Shown here: positions 1 to 6,730 of the stretch, piece by piece | Layout of the letters: every line of letters starts with the position of its first letter | Numbering within the stretch: the first letter of the stretch is position 1 | IMG/VR virus record: IMGVR_UViG_3300033483_000002 | Location: 1 to 54,202 of that record | Length of the DNA: 54,202 nt | Origin: a virus | Taxonomy: Duplodnaviria; Caudoviricetes | Strand: one strand, 5' to 3' | Program-made: the position numbers and the translations under genes | Notes under the pieces: generated by a model | Seen by the model: the letters and a program-made list of their open reading frames with translations, nothing else | Databases searched by the model: none | Told to the model about the DNA's origin: nothing

Positions 1-360
1 ACTTCTCTCATCCTTGAAAAGAAATACACTGATGATGAAATGCTTTCATTGCTCTCAAAAACAAATCCGGAACGGGATAAAAAGCAAATTCTGAAATGCA
101 TTTCCGCTTGCCGGTACTTTCTCAATGCCAGTGCACGAAAATGCTATGATCCGAAAAAGGATGGAATCATCGAGCAATTGGTTGAAGTGAACGGAAAGAA
201 AGTTCCCTACAGTCAGAAACCAAAAACGGAAAAGAAAGTACGTGAAAAAATTGATCCGGCAAAAGATCCTCTTCGGAAACTGGGAATTATTAGAGAGAAG
301 AAGGAAGAGGAAAAGAAACCGGTTGCAAAAACACCAGCAAAGAAAGCAGTAAAGAAATAG
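1..360 (+). CDS. Partial (5'-truncated) hypothetical protein with Lys/Ala/Pro-rich C-terminal tail
   Basis: Frame 1 is open from base 1 (TSLILEKKYTDDEM...), so the true start probably lies upstream; ends KKPVAKTPAKKAVKK. Confidence 0.7.
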   Translation, partial: TSLILEKKYTDDEMLSLLSKTNPERDKKQILKCISACRYFLNASARKCYDPKKDGIIEQLVEVNGKKVPYSQKPKTEKKVREKIDPAKDPLRKLGIIREKKEEEKKPVAKTPAKKAVKK

Positions 361-371
361 TTTACAATGAA

Positions 372-436
372 CAGACTGCAAACAAATAACAATAGTCGGA
401 ACATTTTAGCACTCGTTTGCAGTTCTGCTTTTCTTT
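372..436 (+). terminator. Stem-loop followed by T-rich run, possible terminator
   Basis: CAGACTGCAAAC (372-383) pairs with GTTTGCAGTTCTG (415-427), then CTTTTCTTT; loop is unusually long (31 nt). Confidence 0.35.
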
Positions 437-449
437 GAAAGGAATATTT

Positions 450-695
450 ATGACTCCTATAATTAAAATAACACTGGAATTTATTCCATCATTTAGAAGT
501 AGTGATTTATATGAATTAAAAATAAGTGAAAGAATTAATGATAAATTACTTAGTAAAACAGTTACTTACTCAATTGATCAATTTATAAATAAGAATTTCA
601 ATGATCATATCTTTCAACATATGAAAGATGTATTCAATAGTCAAATTGAAAAAGAGTTCAATAGAGATATTGATGATCTTTCAATATGGCAATAA
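450..695 (+). CDS. Hypothetical protein
   Basis: ATG at 450 after AAAGGA RBS (track start 417 is TTG inside the stem-loop). Confidence 0.6.
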   Translation: MTPIIKITLEFIPSFRSSDLYELKISERINDKLLSKTVTYSIDQFINKNFNDHIFQHMKDVFNSQIEKEFNRDIDDLSIWQ

Positions 696-698
696 AAT

Positions 699-2018
699 AT
701 GAAATCTCTTGCACTATATCAAAAAGAAGGCTTGAAATACAGCCTTTCCGTACAGCATCCGGCATTATTATGGTCAATGCGATTACGGAAAACTATAGTT
801 GCAATTCGATATATAAAAATCATGAATCAATATCCTGTTCTTATTTCAGCACCATATGCAGCAATATGGGAATGGAGAGAACAATTGATTGATGATGGAT
901 TTCATGAAAGTAATATTACTATGTTAATAGGTACAAAACAAGAAAGAAAAACATTATTACATAATAGTGCAAATATCTTTGTCATCAACCATGAGGGATT
1001 TCTTCCTCTTCCAGAGATCGGGCAATTTTCTTTTTCAGTAGTTATTCTTGATGAATCACATCAAATACGTAATCCAAAAACGAAAATATCTCAATTCTAT
1101 ACAAAGAATTTTCGTAGTGCAAAAACGAGAATGATTCTTTCCGGAACATGGATTTCCGAGAATGAACTCGATATTTTTCAACAGTTGAAATTCCTTGACT
1201 ATTCATGTATACATCCATATACAAATTATTGGCAATTTCGAAACGCTCATTTTGATGAACAGCAATTCAAATGGATCATTCGACCATCGGGAAGCAAATG
1301 GATTTCAGAACGATTGAAAAAATATTGTAGTGTAAAGGAATATGAAACTGTTGGAATTAGAGATCGAATAACGGATATTTACAGATATGTTTATTTGACA
1401 AAAGAAGTAAAAAAACAATATGATCAACTATTGAAAACTTTTATTCTGGAAGATACAAGAGTTCAGAAGAGCACTATTTTTGCTGGAGTAAGATATTGTT
1501 GGATGCGGCAGCTGCTTTCCGGATTTGTTGAAGATCGATTATTGAATACTGCAAAAATAAGCGAAATTCAAAGAATACTTGATGATGAGCAACTTAACAA
1601 ACAAGTAATAATTTGGTCTTTCTATAATGAAGAAGTGCAATCTCTTGCAAATTATTTCAATTGTAAATATATAAACGGTAGTATAAAACCTGAAGAGAGA
1701 GAACAAATACGACAAAACTTTCAAGGCGGTATAGAACAATATCTTGTGTTGAATTCGAGATGCTTCACTCATGGGGCTAACTTTTCCGCTGCACAAGCTG
1801 AAATATATGCAACTATTCCAGAGAGCGGACTAGTCTATAATCAATCAAAACGTCGTATTTTCAATATAGATGATAAATACTCAAAACCTTGTTATCATAT
1901 AGTGACAAAGGATACACTGGAAGAGATTATCATCTCTGCTCTTAAAAGAAAACAGAATTGCAAAACTGAAATTTATGATTTCATTAGAAGGATGAAAGAT
2001 GTATATAAAAGTAATTGA
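699..2018 (+). CDS. SNF2-family (SF2) helicase-like protein
   Basis: VILDESHQIRNPKT (motif II), MILSGT (motif III), C-terminal helicase motifs (KQVIIWS, INGS, GANF); Walker A degenerate (MRLRKT). Confidence 0.85.
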   Translation: MKSLALYQKEGLKYSLSVQHPALLWSMRLRKTIVAIRYIKIMNQYPVLISAPYAAIWEWREQLIDDGFHESNITMLIGTKQERKTLLHNSANIFVINHEGFLPLPEIGQFSFSVVILDESHQIRNPKTKISQFYTKNFRSAKTRMILSGTWISENELDIFQQLKFLDYSCIHPYTNYWQFRNAHFDEQQFKWIIRPSGSKWISERLKKYCSVKEYETVGIRDRITDIYRYVYLTKEVKKQYDQLLKTFILEDTRVQKSTIFAGVRYCWMRQLLSGFVEDRLLNTAKISEIQRILDDEQLNKQVIIWSFYNEEVQSLANYFNCKYINGSIKPEEREQIRQNFQGGIEQYLVLNSRCFTHGANFSAAQAEIYATIPESGLVYNQSKRRIFNIDDKYSKPCYHIVTKDTLEEIIISALKRKQNCKTEIYDFIRRMKDVYKSN

Positions 2019-2403
2019 TGAAAATCATGAATATTTTGGAATGTATTTCGAAGTAAGAAATGCAATGATTACTTATATTTGCAATTTGAATATAGATTAT
2101 TTTTTTGAATTTCGTTATCATCAATGTGAAGATATGTTAGGTAATAAGGAAATTAAAAAAGCGGAAAAGTCTTTCTATCGATTCAGAGAAACCTTTCTTA
2201 CTGCAAAAGAATTAAATGCGGAATTCTATATTTATCAAGGGAAATATGGCGAAAGAGTCCCAGTGTTTAAATACGGTTATTTTTCATTTTGTTTTTATCC
2301 CGATACGGAAAGATGGAAAGCCTTTCATTTACATATTGATTCATTAAAATTTAACTTTAATAATAAACAGGAGCTTTTAAATTGGATGCACGGACCTTCT
2401 TAA
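1999..2403 (+). CDS. Hypothetical protein
   Basis: 134-aa ORF overlapping neighbours, GAAGGA RBS. Confidence 0.6.
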   Translation: MYIKVIDENHEYFGMYFEVRNAMITYICNLNIDYFFEFRYHQCEDMLGNKEIKKAEKSFYRFRETFLTAKELNAEFYIYQGKYGERVPVFKYGYFSFCFYPDTERWKAFHLHIDSLKFNFNNKQELLNWMHGPS

Positions 2404-2891
2404 ATAATATATTAACTGTTGACACTGGTGAAGCTACGGGTTGGGCTTATTGGTACGGAACTAAATTTCCGGAAACAGGAGAAATAAAATGTCCTTCAAA
2501 ATTGCTGAAAGATCATTTTCTAATGAGAAATTATATGACTGATGCTTTTAATATTCTTTTATATGAAATAAGTAAACATAAGTCTTTATCAATTGTATAT
2601 CTTGAAGGAACGCAAGCTTATAATTCAAGTATTTCTATTGCTGCAATCAAGAAAGGTTCTCTTTTTGAACTATCATATCTTGTCGGAAGGTATGAACAAG
2701 TTTGTGCAGATAATGGTCTTGACTGTGAAATAAAAAATGCTCCTGAATGGAAAGGGCAAATGACAAAAGAAGCAACAGCTGCAAAAATAAAAATTCTTAA
2801 TGGAATGACTTATCCCAGTGTTCATATAACCGATGCTGTTGGATTTGGTTTCGGAATTATGAAAATGTTACAATGGGAAAAAAGGAAATAA
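2382..2891 (+). CDS. RuvC-like Holliday junction resolvase (RNase H fold)
   Basis: ILTVDTGEATGWA, VYLEG, PEWKG, TDAVG acidic motif pattern of phage RuvC-like proteins. Confidence 0.75.
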   Translation: MDARTFLNNILTVDTGEATGWAYWYGTKFPETGEIKCPSKLLKDHFLMRNYMTDAFNILLYEISKHKSLSIVYLEGTQAYNSSISIAAIKKGSLFELSYLVGRYEQVCADNGLDCEIKNAPEWKGQMTKEATAAKIKILNGMTYPSVHITDAVGFGFGIMKMLQWEKRK

Positions 2892-2964
2892 TTAATCGTT
2901 TAATTACGTATAATAACTAGTTGTATGCCATGTCAATTTTCTTTTGAATTATAAGGGGCGCAAT

Positions 2965-3222
2965 ATGATCATTGGTACTGGTAAAGAACTTGTTTCGTTT
3001 GCGGAACGGCATGGAGCTATTATATCTCAGCACATTTGGGAAGCATTAACCGACTTGGATAAATGCGCCCCTAAATCTGTGGTAGAAAATTGCCACAGCA
3101 CACAACAGCGCTATGCCAAAATTGCCGCTGAACTTGAACAGTGCGCTGTGGATATGAACAGCGATAAACTTATTCCGATAGTTAGTAACCTTAACGAGTG
3201 GGCGCGGCAACTTCGGCAGTAG
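2965..3222 (+). CDS. Cassette 1 hypothetical protein
   Basis: AAGGGG RBS then ATG 2965; ends RQLRQ inside the right arm of attC-like site 1. Confidence 0.7.
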   Translation: MIIGTGKELVSFAERHGAIISQHIWEALTDLDKCAPKSVVENCHSTQQRYAKIAAELEQCAVDMNSDKLIPIVSNLNEWARQLRQ

Positions 3223-3236
3223 CGCAAACGTTGGCA
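3100..3236 (+). repeat. attC-like site 1
   Basis: ACACAAC-A-GCGCTA-TGCC-AAAA-TTGCCGC ... GCGGCAA-CTTC-GGCA-G-TAGCGC-AAAC-GTTGGCA. Confidence 0.8.
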
Positions 3237-3291
3237 AAAATAACCGGCGAGTCTTTTATTATAGGCCACACTTTTCGAAAGGAAACATTTT

Positions 3292-3558
3292 ATGCGCAAG
3301 CAATTTGAGATGACACCCGATGAGCTTAAGGAGCTTTTGGAATCATGCAAACCTGTTCCGATGATTATGTTGCAGTGCGGAACACCTCACTCTCCACAAG
3401 AAAACGCTAACCGTGCGTGGCAGTCGCTCGGAAATAAAAGAGGTTTCGTTTGGGATACCGTTCAACCTGTTCCCGGTTTGGGAATGTCATTTTTCACAGC
3501 AGAGGAATGCGCGGCGGAACAAGTGGAATCGCCGGTTACTTCTGCCAACAAGACATAG
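3292..3558 (+). CDS. Cassette 2 hypothetical phage protein
   Basis: AAAGGA RBS; 88 aa (PQENANRAWQSLG..GF.WDTV.P); stop lies in the left arm of site 2. Confidence 0.75.
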   Translation: MRKQFEMTPDELKELLESCKPVPMIMLQCGTPHSPQENANRAWQSLGNKRGFVWDTVQPVPGLGMSFFTAEECAAEQVESPVTSANKT

Positions 3559-3606
3559 CAGTTCACTTCGTCAATTGGAAACTGCTGCTATGCCAGTCCG
3601 TTGCAC
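3543..3606 (+). repeat. attC-like site 2
   Basis: TGCCAAC-AAGA-CATAGCAGTT ... AACTGC-TGC-TATG-CCAGTCC-GTTGCAC. Confidence 0.7.
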
Positions 3607-3641
3607 GCAATTTTGCGGCGACCATTTTGGAGGCAGTGAGG

Positions 3642-3908
3642 ATGCATACAGTTAATTTTGAATTAAACAATAGACTTATAAGGGCAACATTAGAATGTTC
3701 TCCTGAAGAATGGTCGCGTATTCTCACTGCGGTACAAGGGGAGCGCCGCAAAACAGTTCGGGCGAAGCGCCCCGCGCAACACACGCAGCCGAAAATTTGC
3801 CAGCACCACCGGTATGGTACTAAATGTGTGTTCAATAGGGAGTGGAACGGTATCAAAATTATGTGCTCTCACAAGCCATGTGCTGTCAAACTTCCGGCGA
3901 GTGCGTGA
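3642..3908 (+). CDS. Cassette 3 hypothetical protein (Cys/His-rich C-terminus)
   Basis: GGAGG RBS upstream of ATG 3642 (MHTVNFEL...); track start 3450 would cross the cassette boundary. Confidence 0.65.
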   Translation: MHTVNFELNNRLIRATLECSPEEWSRILTAVQGERRKTVRAKRPAQHTQPKICQHHRYGTKCVFNREWNGIKIMCSHKPCAVKLPASA

Positions 3909-3919
3909 GCACGTTGGTG
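3774..3919 (+). repeat. attC-like site 3
   Basis: GCGCAAC-A-CACGCA-GCCG-AAAA-TTTGCCAGCAC ... GTGCTGTCAAA-CTTC-CGGC-GAG-TGCGTG-AGCAC-GTTGGTG. Confidence 0.8.
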
Positions 3920-4055
3920 TCAATAAATTTTGCTCTTTTAATTATAATCGGGGCGATAGAATGGCAGTAGTAGTGCGGTCGCGCCAAACGAGCCTGTGGG
4001 TGTAATCCCCAAGCATTTTCGCCCTCTTTACATTATGGTGGCAAAATTTACATGC

Positions 4056-4111
4056 CACCAACAGGCGCAGCCCGACATTAAAACGATTGGGCGTGTGCCA
4101 TGACGTTAGAA
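4056..4111 (+). repeat. attC-like site 4
   Basis: CACCAAC-A-GGCGCA-GCCC ... GGGC-G-TGTGCC-ATGAC-GTTAGAA. Confidence 0.75.
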
Positions 4112-4150
4112 GAAACTCCGGTTGCTCCGGAACGAATTAGAGGTAGCGCA

Positions 4151-4396
4151 ATGTCAATACAAATGAAAAGGTGTAAAAAACACGGTTTGTGCAAACACAA
4201 ACTTATTCCCTTTTGCGAACTGTGCGCTACTGAATATTGGGAATCCGCTCCCTCCGTATCTTCTAACAGTCAAAGCGATGAAATTATCGCTGACATTAAG
4301 GAAGTGGTGCAGTCGTGGTTTAAATGTAACGATGATCTTTCGCATAGAGAATGTGATATACTAAACAGTGTTGTCAAATGTTATAAGAGGCGATAA
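4151..4396 (+). CDS. Cassette 5 hypothetical Cys/His-rich protein
   Basis: GAGG RBS, ATG 4151; CKKH..CKH...CELC. Confidence 0.65.
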   Translation: MSIQMKRCKKHGLCKHKLIPFCELCATEYWESAPSVSSNSQSDEIIADIKEVVQSWFKCNDDLSHRECDILNSVVKCYKRR

Positions 4397-4423
4397 CTTC
4401 ACGCATTTGGCAACACGTTGGTT
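4261..4423 (+). repeat. attC-like site 5
   Basis: TTCTAAC-A-GTCAAA-GCG-ATGAAA-TTATCGC ... GCGATAA-CTTCA-CGC-A-TTTGGC-AACAC-GTTGGTT. Confidence 0.8.
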
Positions 4424-4464
4424 GAAATGCCGGTTTTGAAAACCTTTAATTATAGGGGCGCGCA

Positions 4465-4992
4465 ATGAAAGCTGAAAGTGCAATGTTTACAATCACTATA
4501 GATAATCGCTTTTTAGAAGTAAACGCTTTAATTACCGAACGTGAGGGGATGGTTGCCGAAAATCGCTTCTGGCGTGAACGGGGTGAAGAACCGCATTATA
4601 CTATCGAGCATTTTCGCGAGACAGCAAAGAAGATGCGCGCCCTGAAAACTGAGGAAACAAAACCGGCACATCAACCAACCAGCATACATTTGTCAAACGT
4701 TGCACGCAATTGGCAATTCACAGTATTGGAGGTTTTAATGCTTGACAGTGATTTAAATGCGGTAGAACAGTTCATTATAAAAACATCAGATTATGGTCCT
4801 TTGTTATGTGCGTTTTATCGCATTAAAAAAGTGGCTTTGGAATCTTGCCAACAGTCCGGCGAAGCGCCCGTGCAACAGCTAAAGGCTGAAATTGCCGCTC
4901 TTGCAAATAAGATTGATCTTGCTTGGACGGCATGTGATTTTAATGAACATCATCGATTAACGGAGCGAATGCGGCAACTATCAGCCGTTTAG
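4465..4992 (+). CDS. In-frame fusion of cassette 6 and cassette 7 genes (second start ATG 4738)
   Basis: AGGGG RBS at first start; GGAGG RBS and in-frame ATG at 4738 follow the collapsed site 6; ends RQLSAV. Confidence 0.7.
   Translation: MKAESAMFTITIDNRFLEVNALITEREGMVAENRFWRERGEEPHYTIEHFRETAKKMRALKTEETKPAHQPTSIHLSNVARNWQFTVLEVLMLDSDLNAVEQFIIKTSDYGPLLCAFYRIKKVALESCQQSGEAPVQQLKAEIAALANKIDLAWTACDFNEHHRLTERMRQLSAV
4673..4705 (+). repeat. Collapsed (33 bp) attC-like site 6
   Basis: AACCAAC ... AAAC-GTTGCAC retained, inner stem missing. Confidence 0.6.
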
Positions 4993-5005
4993 CAACACGT
5001 TGTAA
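4870..5005 (+). repeat. attC-like site 7
   Basis: GTGCAAC-A-GCTAAA-GGCTGA-AA-TTGCCGC ... GCGGCAA-CTA-TCAGCC-G-TTTAGC-AACAC-GTTGTAA. Confidence 0.8.
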
Positions 5006-5017
5006 ATAGGAGCGCAA

Positions 5018-5263
5018 ATGATCGAACAGTTTCATAATTTAAAATCATGGGCACCGGATAATCAAGAGTTGGCCCTTAAAGTAAATGAGGTTATTTGCGC
5101 TCTGAATTCAGTTGAACTCGCTCAACAGCATCTAACAGGCAATAACACGGCGGAAGCCTTGCCCAAAGTGGAAATTACGCCTTGTGGAGATGCTAACTGT
5201 TCTTTCGTAAAGGTATACCATAAGTGTAAGGGGGTATCTTGCCCTCAATTTAAATCGGCGTAA
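5018..5263 (+). CDS. Cassette 8 hypothetical protein (C-terminal Cys cluster)
   Basis: AGGAG RBS, 81 aa. Confidence 0.65.
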   Translation: MIEQFHNLKSWAPDNQELALKVNEVICALNSVELAQQHLTGNNTAEALPKVEITPCGDANCSFVKVYHKCKGVSCPQFKSA

Positions 5264-5289
5264 CTTCTGTTATTGCCGATCCGTTGTTT
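5130..5289 (+). repeat. attC-like site 8 (left arm interrupted by about 23 nt)
   Basis: ATCTAAC-A-GGCAATAACA-[insert]-GAAATTACGCC ... GGCGTAACTTC-TGTTATTGCC-GATCC-GTTGTTT. Confidence 0.7.
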
Positions 5290-5324
5290 GCAATTTCGCT
5301 CTAAAATTTGATTGGAGGTTTGCC

Positions 5325-5558
5325 ATGACGGGCGAATGTCAATTAGCGATACGAGCGTTAGATAATTCAAACATATGTTATGTGCGCGACCTTTGGGAAG
5401 CATGGCAAACAGTTAAGGCGGAACTCGCTCAACTGTCGCATAACACAGGCAACCCGAAATTGCCTTGTCAAAAGTGTGCAATTCCAGATCCTTTCAGTTC
5501 ACTCTGGAATAAATTTTGGAATTTTTGCCCATGGTGTGGACGGCAACTTCGGGCGTAG
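5325..5558 (+). CDS. Cassette 9 protein with C-terminal zinc ribbon
   Basis: GGAGG RBS; CQKC...FCPWCG; ends RQLRA. Confidence 0.7.
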   Translation: MTGECQLAIRALDNSNICYVRDLWEAWQTVKAELAQLSHNTGNPKLPCQKCAIPDPFSSLWNKFWNFCPWCGRQLRA

Positions 5559-5573
5559 CCGGAACCGTTATAC
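5438..5573 (+). repeat. attC-like site 9
   Basis: GCATAAC-ACA-GGC-AA-CCCGAAA-TTGCC ... GGCAA-CTTCGGG-CGTA-GCC-GGAACC-GTTATAC. Confidence 0.75.
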
Positions 5574-5620
5574 GAAAAATTGCTTTTAAATATATTATAA
5601 ATTTTTTACTAAGAGGTTTT

Positions 5621-5848
5621 ATGAGTAGTCGGTTGTCAATTGGTAAAATGATTAGATCGTGTTATTTACTATTAATGTCGTTTTTGTTATATATTTCTAC
5701 TTTCGGTTACGTGACGAATATGGTTAACTTTGCCAAGTGTGATTTCGAGACACCGTGCAATGCCGAGATATGGTGTGGCGTTGGTATTATTATTCCACCA
5801 ATAGGAATTGTGGAAGGGTTAATCAGCATTCGTAACGGTAAAAAATAA
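5621..5848 (+). CDS. Cassette 10 small membrane protein
   Basis: GAGG RBS, ATG 5621; two hydrophobic segments flanking CDFETPCNAE. Confidence 0.7.
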   Translation: MSSRLSIGKMIRSCYLLLMSFLLYISTFGYVTNMVNFAKCDFETPCNAEIWCGVGIIIPPIGIVEGLISIRNGKK

Positions 5849-6019
5849 ATTAAGGTACACACAAATAATCGTATAACAGACGCAGGTGTTACAGACTCGG
5901 ACGAAATCCGATGGATTGACATTGGTTGTGATGACATCATTGATGTGGAGTTCACTTATGATAGTGATAATCGAGAGGTTTCAGTTTCGTAATGCCATTG
6001 AATAAAAGAAGTAATTAAT

Positions 6020-6544
6020 ATGATTTTCAACTGTAAACAATGCAGTCTTCATAAATTCAGGAAAAATATTGTACAAGGAAGGGGTTCTCTTCCAGCGGAC
6101 TTATGTATAGTAGGTGAGGCACCAGGAAAAACAGAAGATATGCTTTGTGAAGCATTTATAGGTCAAGCTGGACAACTACTTAATCAAATAATTTATGATA
6201 CTTGTAATAATGTTGGTATTGTCCCTTTAATTTATTTTACAAATACAGTTTTATGCAGACCAACAGATCGAATTGGAGGGGATAACAGGCAACCGACGAA
6301 AGAAGAAGTATTTCTTTGCAGTCAGAATGTACAAGAAATAATTGCAAAAACAAAAGCAAAAGAGTTCATCCTTGCTGGAGATATTGCAGAAAAGTATATG
6401 AAGAGTTCAATCAAACATTATACCAAAATAATGCATCCTTCTGCAATATTACGAAATGGCGGAAAATCAAGCGGATATTATCTTGAAACAGTTAGGAAAT
6501 TGGAAACAGTTTTCAGGAGGTTGAAGAATGAAGAAAGAAAATAG
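6020..6544 (+). CDS. Uracil-DNA glycosylase, family 4 (Fe-S)
   Basis: CxxC N-terminus, VGEAPG, F.GQAG.LL, TNTVLCRP, NRQP, HPSAILR. Confidence 0.9.
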   Translation: MIFNCKQCSLHKFRKNIVQGRGSLPADLCIVGEAPGKTEDMLCEAFIGQAGQLLNQIIYDTCNNVGIVPLIYFTNTVLCRPTDRIGGDNRQPTKEEVFLCSQNVQEIIAKTKAKEFILAGDIAEKYMKSSIKHYTKIMHPSAILRNGGKSSGYYLETVRKLETVFRRLKNEERK

Positions 6545-6689
6545 TTTATTAACTGAAAAGAAATTGAAGAATAAAGTTTTAGTTATAAAAGATTTTGCAA
6601 ATATTAATAAAGAAGAAATAGAGAAGATGAAAATATTCAATAAAAGTATTATGAATGAATTATTAAAAAGAAAGATAAAACATGATTAA
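6528..6689 (+). CDS. Small basic hypothetical protein (53 aa)
   Basis: AGGAGG RBS; below track cutoff; flanked by a 19-bp direct repeat. Confidence 0.5.
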   Translation: MKKENSLLTEKKLKNKVLVIKDFANINKEEIEKMKIFNKSIMNELLKRKIKHD

Positions 6690-6730
6690 TATAGTAAATA
6701 AATATAAACATAAATTCAGGAGGTTGAAGA

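Larger units (their letters stand above)
2920..5877 (+). mobile_element. Integron-like gene-cassette array (about 10 units, attC-like sites, no integrase in window)
   Basis: GTT core sites at 2920, 3230, 3600, 3913, 4105, 4417, 4699, 4999, 5283, 5567; each from 3230 on closes an imperfect inverted repeat opened by an AAC box; about one small ORF per unit; GC-richer than flanks. Confidence 0.8.

Noticed and set aside
372-427. Additional attC-like site (AAC...GTT stem)
   Set aside because: AAC/GTT lie at the loop-proximal end of the stem rather than its base, and there is no inner L-box stem
3413-3655. Track ORFs crossing cassette boundaries (3413-3655, N-terminal part of 3450-3908, 3814-4005, 5380-5589, N-terminal part of 5516-5848)
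   Set aside because: No RBS, overlap better-supported genes, and the local GC rise makes chance ORFs more likely
3950-4030. Canonical tRNA gene
   Set aside because: No TTC T-loop, no proper D-arm or 7-nt anticodon loop, no CCA; kept only as a possible structured RNA
2920-5877. CRISPR array or a series of intrinsic terminators
   Set aside because: Repeats are not identical direct repeats, spacing is gene-sized, stems lack U-tracts and have long coding loops; core-box logic fits attC better
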